DNA of 64,000 nucleotides, taken from the NCBI GenBank assembly GCA_964019425.1, contig OZ025806.1:124001-188000 (forward strand), read 5' to 3'. The DNA comes from Flectonema sp. DT1601. Lineage: Eukaryota. The notes beneath the pieces were generated by a model. That model ran no database searches. It was given only the letters and a program-made list of their open reading frames with translations, and had not been told where the DNA came from. Positions 12,319-24,952 of this stretch are shown piece by piece. The stretch's first letter is position 1. Every line of letters begins with the position of its first letter. The position numbers and the translations under genes were made by a program.

Positions 12319-13413
12319 TTACTTGGCGAGAGCGAATCCAACACGAGCGTTTGGAACATCAAACTCGAGGTAGTACTTTCTCATGAAGACGTCACCAAAG
12401 ATCCAAACTGGTCCCATTGGAGGAGGGACATCAATTCCCATAAAACCAGAAAGACATTGACCATGAACATTCATAATGTAGTCCTTCTGCTCAAGAGTGT
12501 ACTTCTGTCCCAACATTGTGAGAACCAAGTCTGGAAGAGAGTTGTCCTTTGGACAGGTGGTGTAGGTGCACTCTCCAGTGGCTCCTTCTTTGCATCCCAA
12601 CTGTGCATTGATATCCTTTGCGATCTTCTTTGGGAAGGCCAACAATGAAGTACCAGAGTCCATAACGGCGTGGATGTTAGTGTCGATTGACTTTCCGTTA
12701 AAGGAAACATCGTCACCCTTCAACTGCCAGTATCCCTTCTTGGCAACTGGAACGTAAGAAAAGGCTCCCTCGTGATGGTCTGGGTTGCTTCCTCCGATGG
12801 CAAGCTCACCCTTGGAGCCGTCACTCGTCAAGTAGAAAGCGAAGGTACCGGTTTGAATCTTTCTCTGGGCCAACAGACTGAAGAATGGCGGAGTGATGTG
12901 GTCAACAGCAATTGATGGCCATCCCATTCCACAAATTCCGTCAAACTTTGCGACGTCCCAAGTGATTCCAGGCATCTTAGTAGCCTCTCCAAAGTTGATG
13001 GTCATATTTAAACCAGCGATAGAAACAACATCAGTGTCAATCACTCCTTCTAACTTTCCACTCCCGTAACGGATCGCGAATGTTGTTCCGTTGGCTTTGT
13101 AGGTCGAGGAATCCTCAGAGTGGTACCTTTCGTGACCAATGATTGATGGTTTTGGTCCAGGAACCCAAAGGTTTGAGCTACCAGTGTCAAAGATGACCTT
13201 AAAGTGTTGTGGAGGTGTACCAATAGTAATGGGTCCATAGTACTGTGCATTCTCAAAGTTAGAGATTGGAACCGATGGGACATCAGCTCCGTACTTCTTA
13301 CACAGAGATGCGTGCTCAGCAGCAATGTTTCTGTTGGAAGCATCCTTCGCAAGTGGGATGACCATACTGCTTGCAGCAGTTGCGAGAACAGCAACATTAA
13401 GTGCCTTAAACAT
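12319..13413 (-). CDS. Pepsin-family (A1) aspartic protease, cathepsin D-like
   Basis: Signal peptide, YYGPITIGTPPQ, catalytic DTGSSNLWV and DSGTS, flap YGSG, WIFGDVF. Confidence 0.96.
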   Translation of the reverse strand: MFKALNVAVLATAASSMVIPLAKDASNRNIAAEHASLCKKYGADVPSVPISNFENAQYYGPITIGTPPQHFKVIFDTGSSNLWVPGPKPSIIGHERYHSEDSSTYKANGTTFAIRYGSGKLEGVIDTDVVSIAGLNMTINFGEATKMPGITWDVAKFDGICGMGWPSIAVDHITPPFFSLLAQRKIQTGTFAFYLTSDGSKGELAIGGSNPDHHEGAFSYVPVAKKGYWQLKGDDVSFNGKSIDTNIHAVMDSGTSLLAFPKKIAKDINAQLGCKEGATGECTYTTCPKDNSLPDLVLTMLGQKYTLEQKDYIMNVHGQCLSGFMGIDVPPPMGPVWIFGDVFMRKYYLEFDVPNARVGFALAK

Positions 13414-13719
13414 ATTAATTTTTTTTTAAATAACTGTAAGTTTGAATTGTTGTTAAATGACCCCTCTTCCCTGCTAATCCACTTTCCGTCACTACTCATT
13501 ATTCAGTTCTGTAAAAAGTAATATTATCCCATTCTCTGATCTGAAGTCAACAAGAACTAATATCTTCTAAATAATCTAATAAAAGTATTCTACACAAAGA
13601 AAGGCAATACTGTTGTAGTTTCCAATTAGAAGTACCTTTAATAAATATGTGAATTGAGGTGCTTCTGTCACGTTTGTCTCTTTGTTAAGTAAATAACAAT
13701 AAGGGTGAATAGCAGTCTG

Positions 13720-16413
13720 TTAGTCCTTCCTTTTGGATTTCTTACTCTTTTTCTCTTTCCTTTTTTTATTCCTCCTCAAATCATCATCACTGTCTGGTTG
13801 TATTGTCGATGCTACATCAGTAAGGAATTGTTCTTGTCGTTTTGCTTTATCTCTCAACTTCTCACAGAATTCTGGAGTATAAAACTGACGAGGAACAAGA
13901 ACCCGAAGATCTACTCCTCGTTCGTGAGTCGCGTGAATGTCAACCTGAACTGATTCAAGTGGAATATCAAATTCCTTGGCAAAGCTGGCCTGAAAGGACT
14001 TCAAAAAAGCATTACTCGTTGCTCTCATCGCTAAACTAATTACGATAGGTTTCGTATTTGACTGAGCACCGTGAAAAGACAGCGTCCGACTAGCAGACGT
14101 TGATGAGTAAAACGATCCTGATGCTGGTGACTCACCATCACCAGCAACTTGAACATCACCAACTTGAACATTATCATAAGCATCAGCTACTGTTGTTGAA
14201 TGCGAAGAAACAGATGTCTGATTAATGGGTACGGATACGACAGGACTAATAAAATCACTTTGAATAGGATATTGTTTTATATCATTTTGAGAAGTTAACA
14301 TTCCATATCTCCCCTTCGGTTTCTGTGGGTGTCTAATTGGCACCATAGCTGGAGGCAATTCATCGGTCCATTCCCCTGCCCAGGCATTTTCCGTTTCAGC
14401 TGCTGACTGAACTGCTGTAACTGCCGGGTTTGATTTTAGATTTCTGATGTCAGAACCTTTTCTCACAAGGTGCCAAAGTTGTTCAGGACGTCCATTGCGT
14501 CTACTGGCTCTAACACTGTTGCCGTATGCTTCCAAAACTGCTTGTGAGTGACTCGCAGTGATGTAGTAGCAACCGTTTGTTTGTCGAGTTAAAGACCACC
14601 TTTGAGCATCGTGAGATGATGAAGAGTTCTGATGAAGGGGAGACTTGTCTGCAGTAGAAGTATTTACTACTTCAAGAAACAATCTACTGTGAGATGCCAT
14701 TAGTTTCATACTCCCAGAAGAACCACAATCAGTGAAGGCCCAGCTCTGATGAGAATGACCAGTTAAAGTTCCCAAGCCAACAACAGCACAGGGAGTACTG
14801 CTACCCATTGCGACTTCAAGACAGAGTGGTTTACCGTTAGATGTTGTAGCAGCTACTAAGTGAAATACTGTTTGGTCTTCAACAAGTTCAGAGACACAAG
14901 TTACAATTGATCTTTTAGGAATCCTAACATGACTTCCCATTTGGAATGTTTGATAAGGAAGTAAGTTAGCCGTCTCACTAGTGATGTAAGAAGCAAACCA
15001 CGTAGCTGTTGATAAAACTTTTCCAAACCCAACTAATCCAATATGAGCATCTTGATCAACGTGACTCATATTTATAGAGACGAGTACTATCTTTCCTTTA
15101 CCAACATAGGCTGACGTCATTAAGTCTTGTAGGCATTCTCGTTCTACGCGGTTGTCGCTTCGGTGTAGTTCGACTCTAGTCATTCCAGGTCGGATGAATA
15201 AAGAATAATTACCTAGAGCCCAAAGACTCTTTGTTGGATAATATTGTTTGTTATCATTATAACGAATAAGACCGTCTGGAACAGATTCAGGACTGAGTGC
15301 TAACCACCAATGCCAAGCACTTGCATTAGCGACTGTAAGATCGCAGTGAATGACTCTGGCTGCCCACAATGCTGCGTCAATACCGCTGCTGTCGTTGATT
15401 CCTTCATCACGTCCTCCAGGTGCTATACTTCTACCTACTTGTCGTGGAACAAATGATTCACCTACAGGTATGTATACCGAGTATTCAGTTACCCAATACT
15501 GTGCTCCATTTCTAAAGGCTGGAAGCATTGCATTATATAAACTCTCTCTTGATGATATTAATCTGTCTTCTTGAGGCCAACAACTAAAGTATGAATGTCC
15601 TGAAATAATCCTCAACAGTTCAGGAGGAGATAAGGAACCATCTCCGTAATATGCTTTCACAAAATTTGATACCGGTTCGTATCCTGTTATTTTAACACTT
15701 AAGAAATCTATGCATCCGGCGTCAGGGACTGCTACTTGTGTTTCAAGTTTTCGATTTGACAATTCGATTTCCAACGAATGAGCAATTCGACCAATCTCTT
15801 CATTTGTAAAAGAACATCCTTCTGCTGTTTCTGTGTCCCACTTCCAATGAGGTTCATGAACAGGTGATATGGCAGCGAATTTCAAACCTAATTTCTCAAA
15901 GTGGTTTGCAACCTTCACTAAATAAGTAGCAAACTCAGTTGCCAATAATCCCTTCTCACTTCGTAAATTACAAGTTGAAGATGTTTGATACGTGAGATTG
16001 TTTCTTGTCAGAGGTGCGGGTGGCGAATGCGCAAATAACACAAAATTCGGAACCTGATAACGATACGCAGCATGAGTAAACCATCTCTGGCCTGGACATC
16101 TCGTGAAGTCGTAGGAGCTGTCGTCGCTGATTCCTCGAATTTCAAAATCGTCTTTCAAAAAACATTCATTCTTCCTCCAGTCATCACTTTTTTGTTTACC
16201 CGCTCCTGCCAATATCCTCCAACAGCTGAGTCCAATGCCTTTCGGTTTCCCACTCTCGTCTAAGTTCTGATCAAATAATAAAGTTGCTATCTCCATCTTC
16301 TCCTCCCCTTCCCACTTACCTACATGCTGTGTAGACCAGGCATCACTGGCTCCAAAGCTGTGGATTTTTTGATGGGTTCGGTTTCCGAATATCGTGAGTT
16401 CAATACCTGACAT
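13720..16413 (-). CDS. Glycoside hydrolase family 30 catalytic domain plus ricin-B (CBM13-like) lectin plus C-terminal extension
   Basis: GH30-type motifs FGASDAW, GIGLS, ISPVHEP (acid/base), WVTEY (nucleophile) and AWHWWLA. QxW ricin repeats (HQSW, AQRW, EQLW). Confidence 0.85.
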   Translation of the reverse strand: MSGIELTIFGNRTHQKIHSFGASDAWSTQHVGKWEGEEKMEIATLLFDQNLDESGKPKGIGLSCWRILAGAGKQKSDDWRKNECFLKDDFEIRGISDDSSYDFTRCPGQRWFTHAAYRYQVPNFVLFAHSPPAPLTRNNLTYQTSSTCNLRSEKGLLATEFATYLVKVANHFEKLGLKFAAISPVHEPHWKWDTETAEGCSFTNEEIGRIAHSLEIELSNRKLETQVAVPDAGCIDFLSVKITGYEPVSNFVKAYYGDGSLSPPELLRIISGHSYFSCWPQEDRLISSRESLYNAMLPAFRNGAQYWVTEYSVYIPVGESFVPRQVGRSIAPGGRDEGINDSSGIDAALWAARVIHCDLTVANASAWHWWLALSPESVPDGLIRYNDNKQYYPTKSLWALGNYSLFIRPGMTRVELHRSDNRVERECLQDLMTSAYVGKGKIVLVSINMSHVDQDAHIGLVGFGKVLSTATWFASYITSETANLLPYQTFQMGSHVRIPKRSIVTCVSELVEDQTVFHLVAATTSNGKPLCLEVAMGSSTPCAVVGLGTLTGHSHQSWAFTDCGSSGSMKLMASHSRLFLEVVNTSTADKSPLHQNSSSSHDAQRWSLTRQTNGCYYITASHSQAVLEAYGNSVRASRRNGRPEQLWHLVRKGSDIRNLKSNPAVTAVQSAAETENAWAGEWTDELPPAMVPIRHPQKPKGRYGMLTSQNDIKQYPIQSDFISPVVSVPINQTSVSSHSTTVADAYDNVQVGDVQVAGDGESPASGSFYSSTSASRTLSFHGAQSNTKPIVISLAMRATSNAFLKSFQASFAKEFDIPLESVQVDIHATHERGVDLRVLVPRQFYTPEFCEKLRDKAKRQEQFLTDVASTIQPDSDDDLRRNKKRKEKKSKKSKRKD

Positions 16414-18075
16414 ATGTGGACCATCTAATGATAAGAATAGAAGTTATGGTACTTTGTGAATATATAAATTTATTTCAAATAACGTGGGGGGCAACACAAC
16501 ACAGGATCATATAAATCACAACTCAACTGTGTAAAGAGTTAAAAAGGAAATAATACGATAAAAGTGTGTTAAGTGAAATCAGCCCCACCACCTTAAAGTC
16601 TCTCTTTTTTTTTCCCCTATCCTAGGGGGGTGAATCGGCCAGTGCAGCGGAAGATCTAACTCCTGGTGGCAACGACAGTAAGATTAAAAGGAGAATGAAA
16701 GTGAAAAAAAGAAAAAAAAAACAAAGAGGAAAATCACTGAATTCTGATTTATGACCAAACAAATAACAATAAAAAAATTGGCCAAACATTGACTAAAGGA
16801 AAATTTTTTCCCCCCTCCGCCAAGATCTTATTTATATCAAATTTTTTAACATCGCTGCTACTGAAGTAGGGAAGGAATCTCCTTCCCACACACCCCCCCC
16901 CCAAAAAAAAATAATAATAACTGCTGGTTTTCTCAGATAGAACTCTAGCAGCCTAAGAAAAGTAAAAAAAAAAAAAAACCATACACGTGTTTTCTTCCCG
17001 GTATTAATATAAAAAAATAATAATAATAAAATTAATACTCGCCTAAAGAGCTGTAATGCTGTAATGTATAAGTGGAGAAGGGTTTTCCGACTTTGCATTC
17101 AAAAAAGAAGAGGGGAGTGAACAATGTCTTTTGGTACTACATCCGAACGATCAGAATTATAAATTAAAGAGCGCCAAGTTTCGCGCAAAATTTTCTCATC
17201 CTTAATCCGAATAGGCTTGCCAGGCTGCGTGTACATCTCTCAGGGAAAAAAAAAAAAAAAAAAAAAAAGAAAGGGGAAAAGAAACGTAACCTAACGCAAT
17301 CGACCCTTCCTCTTCAGGAGGAATCATAAGCAGCTGAGAAGAAGAAAAGGGGGGAAAAGAAAAAATACCTTGGCCTATGTCCTTATTCACGATGATAAAT
17401 TAACTTGATTTTTCATCTCGAAGACGTGTTTTACGAAACGAAAAGAGAATTGTGGCAGCGTAACTTTATAAGATTGTTTCCGATTGCGCACAAACAAAAA
17501 CAAAATATGAATCACAAAGTGAGGTGCCGATTCTTATTTTCATATTACATCTGTAAAGCGTTCAACTCGAGGAGAGAGAGAGAGAGAAAGAGTTTCATGT
17601 ATCTCTTGTAAAGCAACATTACAACGAAGGCTATCCCAATTATTATTATTATTTTTTTAAAATTCTATGCTAGTCTGTTTCCAAACATAGAAGTAACATG
17701 CATAAAAATAACAGCTGACGTAAGCAAATTGTTTTTTTAAAAGTAACAAAAGAATTACTGTATAAATCCATTTCGGTAATTTGCAGCACCAGAGGGGAAA
17801 TAGCGCTAACCCCGACGATCGTCAGGACCTCGTTGTTACAGTTGATTTCAAGAATTAATTTTATTATCAAATCTTTACAGGAAATCGACGATCGCGTTGT
17901 GCCCCCCTTTTGTATTTAAAAATTGGGAACTTTCAATTATTATGTTCGCAGCGTTTGGTCTTCTTCTCAAAAAAAAAAAAAAAAAAATGGTTTTTTTAAA
18001 TTATCACCGTTTTGCTTTTTATCGAATTCGAATTTATTCTCTCCTCTCCTCTTTTTCGTATTCCCTTTTCAATAT

Positions 18076-21000
18076 TTATTTCGCGTATTCCGTAAGAATG
18101 AATTCTTCAACTTTCTCAGATTTTATTTTTCCAGAGACCAGATCCTGCCAGGCTTCGTTGTTTTGTTGAATGATATCTAATGTAGCTTTCGGGTTTTGAA
18201 ACGTACCATTGTGAAGAAACGTATTCGCTGGTGCCGCTTCTGGATCTTTCTTGTCAGTTCTTTTGTAGTTTGCCAGCCAGTCGACGATTCTATCTGTGAA
18301 TTCAGCACCTCTCATTGCTTGAAGATCTTCAATGTTGTTAATCTTTTCGATATCTGGATCGCTGAGAGCTAAGGCGATAACCTGTTATTGTTTTGTTTTT
18401 TTACAACCCATTTACTAAATATAATCAAAACACCATACCTTATGATCGATCTCATTGTCATCAATGAGTCCCAAGCTGCCGAGGATCTTTACTGGAACGA
18501 TGGAACCGATTGGGAAGCTTTGTGATCCAACCTGATTGTTTTATCATTAAGAGAGTGAGTTAATGGAAATGTAAAAAAACAGTAACAACTTTTAGAGTAT
18601 TAAAAAAACAAAAATTAAAACTGCAACTGGAAATATTACTGCGCTGAATAATTACTGCGGGGAAAAATTAGTGCGGTTTTTTCCACCTGGTGGTAGAAAA
18701 AAATTTGGTTGCTTTTTTGCTGTGTAAGGCACCAGCAGAAAAATGCAGCTGGAAAAAAATCACTTCTGAGCAGAAATATTACTGCGTGGAAAAATTAGTG
18801 CGGTTTTTTGCAGATTTGGAAATTAGTGCGGTTTTTTCCGCGCAGTAATATTTCCAGTTGCAGTATCAAAGTACGTAACGTTTAGGGGGAAAAAAAAATT
18901 ACTTTGTTATAAATAAACAAACCTCCATCACATCCAACGGATCGCTGTCACCAAAGTAACCATCTTCACCCTTAACAGTACTGTCTTCCCATGTTTGAGG
19001 GAAGAGACCATTATTAAAAAATGTCATTCCGTAAGTGTAATAGCGAGCCTCCTCTTTTTTAAAGTCTTGCATTATCGGGTTGTAGGCAACTTCTTTGGTA
19101 ACTTCAAACTTTGCATTACTTCCTTTCGGTATTTCGACAATCATATTAAAAACATTCTCCTCAGATCCTCTCAGAGGGATGTCATGCCATGGTGAGATCT
19201 TAGTACCATTCTCATTAAGAAAGTACACTGCGAACATTGACTTTCCAGGAAGACCCATCTTAGTACCGTTCACAATAAGGACGTTATCCGACACAACAGG
19301 TAACTGTTTTGATTGCATTACTGCGTTTTCTTTAACACTCAAATCATCTTTATTTGCGTAATACGTCTTCATAATATCCCAGCCTGATGGAACCATGAAG
19401 TTTGGAGGTACGCAGGATGGGTTCTTCGCCCAGTCTTCAGGAATGTCTTCCAGACTTTTACAGACGTCGACTCCGGCAGCTCCCATCTTTCTCATCTTTG
19501 AGCCAGAAATCTTTAAGAATCTGGAGGCAAATTCTTCAGAAGTGATACCTTCAGGTTTTGGTTTCATTGTACCATCTGTCTTGTCGTAGTGAACAGCACC
19601 AGATGCGAGAAGCCCGAGCTCACCCATTCCAGGTGACAGTTGAAGAACATAACGACCATGATCAGCGTGATAAACATCTTCACCTGATTCCTGTTTGTGA
19701 GCCTCAGCATACGTTTTTGAATATGAAAGACCAGCAGGGTCACGTCCAACAATAAAATAATCTGCTCCAACAACTCGTCTACTCTTTGCGTGCCACTGAA
19801 CTTCAGTTGGGCCAGAGTAAGTCATCGGAGAAGGCCATATTGCTAATACAGTCCAGTTAGAGTTAAGCATCTCTTCATCTAATACTTTCTGATGTTGTCT
19901 AACACGAACGTCTAATGGAACATCATCTCCTTTTGTCCATCCACCGAGTGGAGATAACCAAAGAACTGGATTCTTGTAACCACGTTCGACTAATTGACGA
20001 CGGCCGTCAATCATAAGATGAGCGTGTCCTGCGTGAGTTGGATTTCTCGTCTGAAATGCATAAACAGTATCAGCATCTTTTTCTTTAAAAGCAGTCAATA
20101 ACTCGTCTGGAGTCAGTCTCCATTGATCAAGTCCGTCTCTGTAACGAATTCTACGAACCTTTTCAAACTCACCTCCGATTAAGAACTCCTCTCCGTTAAC
20201 AATATGAGCATTAACGTATGGGTGGTGAAGGTCCCAAGATCCCCACGATCTCGTAATCATTTCTTCTTTTCTGAAATCATAAACTTCTGGGTCTCGTAGG
20301 ATGGCTACAGGCTCTCCAGCTGGTGAAACAAAAACAACCTTTGGGACTTCACCTGCTTCCTTGGCTTTCTTAATAACTCTATTGATGAGCATCTTTGAAT
20401 GTTTGCAAACAGAAATCGTAATTGGAACAGGCATTGATACTCGCTTACCGTTCTTAACTAAACGAGAAGCTGCTGATGAGTTTCCGAATGCTGTTGGACC
20501 TCCAGCACCTGAAGAACCTCCTCCATTCTTTCCGGATTTGTCAAAGACAAAAGACTCGAAGTGAAGTACCTGGACAAGCATATTCTCTCTCATTGGTCCT
20601 TTTAGTGGTGCTGCCCAACCTTCTCCAATTACTTGCGTCCATTGAACGTCGACATCCTTTATTGGAATCGGTTGCATCTTTGTAACCTCATCAGAGTACC
20701 AGAACTTCTCATCTTCTTCGATGACTGATTCTGGAGTAGTCCCCCAGGGGAATCCATCCGCGTGTCCGGCAACTTCCTTCGGATGGTCGTCATCTGGAGT
20801 GCCTTCTGTGCATGGTTCTTTTTTGCATTCCTCGCAAGCTGGGCATGGTTTTTGTATGCACTCCTCGGGGGCTGGGCATGGCTTTTGTATGCATTCTTCG
20901 GGGGCCGGACATGGTTTTTGTGTGCACTCGTCGCAAGCCGGGCATGGTTTTTGTATGCATTCTTCGGGGGCCGGACATGGTTTTTGTGTGCACTCGTCGC

Positions 21001-21937
21001 AAGCCGGGCATGGTTTTTGTATGCATTCCGGACACGTTTCACAAACTGGACACTTCGGTGTAGTGTAGCCCATATCAGATAAGACTGTTACCATTTGATC
21101 AACACACGCATTCACACATTCCTCAATGAAAGTCTCACAAGCCTCCTGAACTTTTTCACCGTTATCTTCAGCAGTTTTCCTACAGTCTCCGTAGGCAGTT
21201 GCCAAGTCCTCCCGACCACAGCACTCGTGAGACTTTAGTGTGATTTCTGGTTTTAAAGGACTTTCATAAGGGGCGTCAATACCAGTCATTCCGGTAATCT
21301 CACCGGCATCGAACTTCTTGTACAAACCTTTTGGATCTCTGTTTTTAGCTTCTGAAATTGGAACATCAACAAAGACTTCGATAAATTTAATTCCCATCTC
21401 CTCGTGTAGGTATCTGGCAGCATCACGATCAGCTCTAAAAGGTGAGATTAGTGACACTAAAGATAAGATTCCTGAGTCAGCCATCATCGCTGAGACTTCG
21501 TAGGCTCTGCGGACTGCTTCAGCACGAGAAGCATCTGATAAGTCGAGATCTTTTGAAAGACCAAATCTCAAATTGTCACCATCAAGACGGTACATTGCAG
21601 AACTGTGTTTTGTTACCATTCTGTTTTCGAGTGCTTTTCCTATTGTTGACTTACCTGATCCTGATAGACCTGTAAACCATAAAGTAGCACCTGTTAAACC
21701 AGTATTGGTTATTCTATCATCTCTCTTAACAGCTCCTTTTGTGTCGTCTCTGTAAATATGGATTTTTGGTTTTTCTGATAACACTTTAGCTCTCAACTCT
21801 CCCATATTAGGACAATCTGAAGCACGGAACCCAACAGATGGAAGTGGTGGAGGAGGTTTTAATAATTCTCTCATTCCAGTTACGGCAATTAGCAACAGAA
21901 CAACAAAACACAACACACACGAGCGACGTGTGTCCAT
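18076..21937 (-). CDS. PAPSS: Trifunctional PAPS synthetase: APS kinase, Cys-rich repeat, ATP sulfurylase, inorganic pyrophosphatase; N-terminal signal anchor; about 1137 aa
   Basis: Kinase motifs WFTGLSGSGKST, LDGDNLR and RDPKGLY. Sulfurylase motifs AFQTRNPTHAGH and VGRDPAG. PPase motifs SPWHDIP, GDSDPLDV and IDDNEIDHK. Exons 21937-18923, 18531-18439 and 18381-18076 with in-frame GT-AG introns. Confidence 0.93.
18620..18864. mobile_element. MITE-like element inside PAPSS intron 1
   Basis: Perfect 25-bp terminal inverted repeat ACTGCAACTGGAAATATTACTGCGC. Internal motif AAATTAGTGCGGTTTTTT occurs three times. Confidence 0.8.
20810..21030 (-). repeat. Coding tandem repeat of 30/33-bp units encoding C(I/T)QKPCPA(CDE/PEE)
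   Basis: Visible in both DNA and protein, between the kinase and sulfurylase domains. Confidence 0.9.
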
Positions 21938-22134
21938 CTCTCAGTTTTATTTATTTTTTTAAAAATATCTTGTTGGGATGAGAAAATAATATTTTCTAAA
22001 ATTAACAACACAGTTACTTGATGACAAACTTTACCTTATCAAAAAAAAAAAAAAAAGGAAAAAACCAGAAATAGATAAGCGTTATTCACATAATGGTATA
22101 AAATACAAGTAGGGAAAAGACTACCAACTCGGTG

Positions 22135-22907
22135 CTAACTCCTCGACTGTGAACTTACAACAGGTTTATTAGAATTATGTTCGAGGAGGTATTTAGATAG
22201 CCATCTAATCTCATCGTGAGGACGGACCTTCGCAAGCTGCGTGAGAGCTTTGACGAGTATCTGAATTTAGTAAGAAAATTAGTTTATTATAAAACACTTG
22301 TCGAGTTCTTTGATAAATCAGATATATCAATCGTCCATTGATGACTTTATTAGGGATAGTGAAAATAGACATACTGGTTTTAAATTATGATCGACGTAGT
22401 TTCGAGTCTCTTGAGGTGTTGGTACCGCATCCAGTGTGAAGGTGTTGAACCAAAACTTAATCTGAAGGTTATTATTATTTAAAAGAATTAAAAACAAAAC
22501 TAAAAATATATATAAAATATCTATCAAACCTCTCTTCTCGAAGCATCAGCATTCGAGCTACCATGCAGTGCGTTGTATGTTGGATGTGCCATGCCGGGGT
22601 TGTCAGGGTCTGGTGCAAACACCTTTCTAAGTTCCTCCAACTCCTCTCTCCAGGATGCAATCGCATTAGTTTTCCCCAGTACTAACATTCTACATGGGCC
22701 TCTAGACATGTATTCAGTGAGAGTGTGATAAAAGCCTTTACCCTTATGCTCGGCATAAAATTCTCTCGCCTGGTCAGCATTCATTGTTACTATTTCTTGC
22801 TTTAAAACTGTGAATCCTAATTCAGATATTTTGTGTAGTATGTTATGTGTATGGCCGTTCTCCACGGCATCAGGTTTGATTATTGCTAATGTCTGCTGCA
22901 GGGACAT
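22135..22907 (-). CDS. NME5: Nucleoside diphosphate kinase homolog 5 (NDK plus Dpy-30 domain; radial spoke RSP23-like), 196 aa
   Basis: Motifs TLAIIKPDAV and NALHGS. Exons 22907-22530, 22461-22375 and 22260-22135. The third exon, missed by the ORF track, encodes a Dpy-30 motif (ILVKALTQLAKVRPHDEIRWLSKYLLEHNSNKP). Confidence 0.88.
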
Positions 22908-22992
22908 TTTTTTTTTTTTTTTTTTTTTTTTTCCCCCCTCACTGTGGCAAATAATACATCAGATTAGAATTTGATGTTTTTTTTTTAAAGAT

Positions 22993-23072
22993 AAGAAAGA
23001 GCTCTCAATCTGTCGATTCTTTCACTGTCTTGACCTAACTGTAACATTCCCATTGTTGAGTCAAGGACCGCA
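22993..23072 (-). pseudogene. Degenerate SSU (18S) rRNA fragment
   Basis: The plus strand AAGAAAGAGCTCTCAATCTGTC...GTTGAGTCAA...CCGCA is the reverse complement of a conserved eukaryotic SSU block. Confidence 0.7.
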
Positions 23073-24952
23073 TACGCATCTAAATTAAGAGGGGAAAATA
23101 ATTTTTAATGGGAAAAAGAAAAAACGTACTCGTCCAACATTCGTTGTTACATTTGGCCACACCTCTTGTCTGCAGGCAAATTTTTTTTTTTGCTGTTTTT
23201 TTTTTTTTTTTTTTTTTTTTGTCCATTTTTTTTTTTTCCTGTTTCTTTCTTCTTTACTATTTTTCCGGGGTAATCATTTTCATTTTCTTTTTTTTTTTCC
23301 ATTCTCAGAATTATAATTGCCGGAGTCAAGCGTCACGCGTCTTGTTGCTCTGCTATTGTCTATGTTCTGGAGCATCTGTCTTGCCACTACATCAGGTGAA
23401 CAAGTTTTTTTTTTTTTTTTTAATTTCCTTCTTTTTTTTTTTTATTAAAATTTCAGCACGCACACACTTCAGCAATATCCATCACAATACAATTAAAAAA
23501 GAATTTCATTCTTCTGTAGGGTAGTTGGATGGAGGGGGGTGTGAGTGATGGGAGCAGGGGGGCAGTAATCGATGACAAGAGCACGACCGCTGCAAGATGA
23601 TTGCATTCAGTTGATCAAATTAAAAAGTGACAACATATTTGCAACGACACAAAAAAAAACAACAAAGCAGTCACTAGAGCATCAAAAGATTCGCTTACTG
23701 AAGGACAGCTGGAGATCCTAAACCCTTTTCTCAAACTACACCATCCGCAAAATGTTTACAAAATAAATAACAATTGACTTCGGCCATCAACCCTGAAAAT
23801 GGTCACACTTGGGGATAAGGAGGAAAAAGAAGAGAAAAAGAAAAAAAAAATGGGAAGGGGATAAGATTCTTGCTTCTCTTTTTTTTCTGAGGGAAAAAAG
23901 AAAAGAAAAAAAACGAAAAAAAAAAAATACAGATAAAAAAAACACTATCGTATACAAGAGTACTGCAGAGTGAAGCAGCTTTTTTTTTTTGGGGGGGGGG
24001 AGCACTAAATAAAAAGGGATCTAAACAGCGTGTGCTAAAAAGGCTTACTCGAAATACAACAATTCAGTCAGTATTGAGGGGGGCTTTTTAACTAACGCGT
24101 GGCTAAAAAAAGGTACACAAAAATACAACTACCCCCCAAGTAAACCACTTATCTTGTTTTCCTTTATTTTCTTTGTCTCACAATCGATGACCTGACTAGT
24201 TGGATTCGACCTGAAAGATTGCGTCTGCTGCCATCACCACATTTCTAATTAATTTGAAGAACTACCAAGTAAGGAAAGAGACAAGAGAGAAAAAAAACAA
24301 CAAAACCAACTTTTTTTTTTACATAAGAACAAATGAGCCGTTGTTGTCCACCACTATCGTAATTAAGAATAATATTATTAGGCCTAGACTGGCTAATATA
24401 TAAGTTGTTTATCGTTCTTAAATCCGGTGGAGGGGGGTAGGGGGGAGAGTGAGTATTATACAGTAACAAACTAAATGGGGGGAATTAGAATTGTTGAATT
24501 ACTCTCCAACTCAGTCTTCAAATAACGTCGTGGTCTTCAGCATTGAAAAGAAACGAAAGGTTCACTCGCAGTCATTACTTGTTATCAGAAAATAGTAGCA
24601 TTTTGCTAATTGTACCAAAAAGGTTTTTTTTTTTTTTCGTTTTTTTTTTTTTTTTTTTTTTCTTCAAGAAAAAAATGGGCAAAATATGCGCACGGGCAAC
24701 CCTCGCCTCCCATCCCAGAGGGAAATAGGAAGGTGGTGACCGTACTCCTTTTATGGGAAAATAAAATTATGATTCTTTCTGTTGAAAATAGTTTTCTGTT
24801 TCTTTTCTTTTTTTCGTTCCTTTGTTACCTTTTTTTTTTTTTTTTTTTTTTTAATGTATTAGCTTCCCGATAAAGGAAAAGGGGGAAAAAAGGAAAAGAA
24901 AAGAAGACAGTTGCAAGATATCTGTAACCCTTAGGACCTTAGACAATCAATT

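Noticed and set aside
23565..23620. Weak resemblance to 5.8S rRNA (ATCGATGA...ATTCAGTTGATCA)
   Set aside because: Too degenerate to distinguish from chance by eye.
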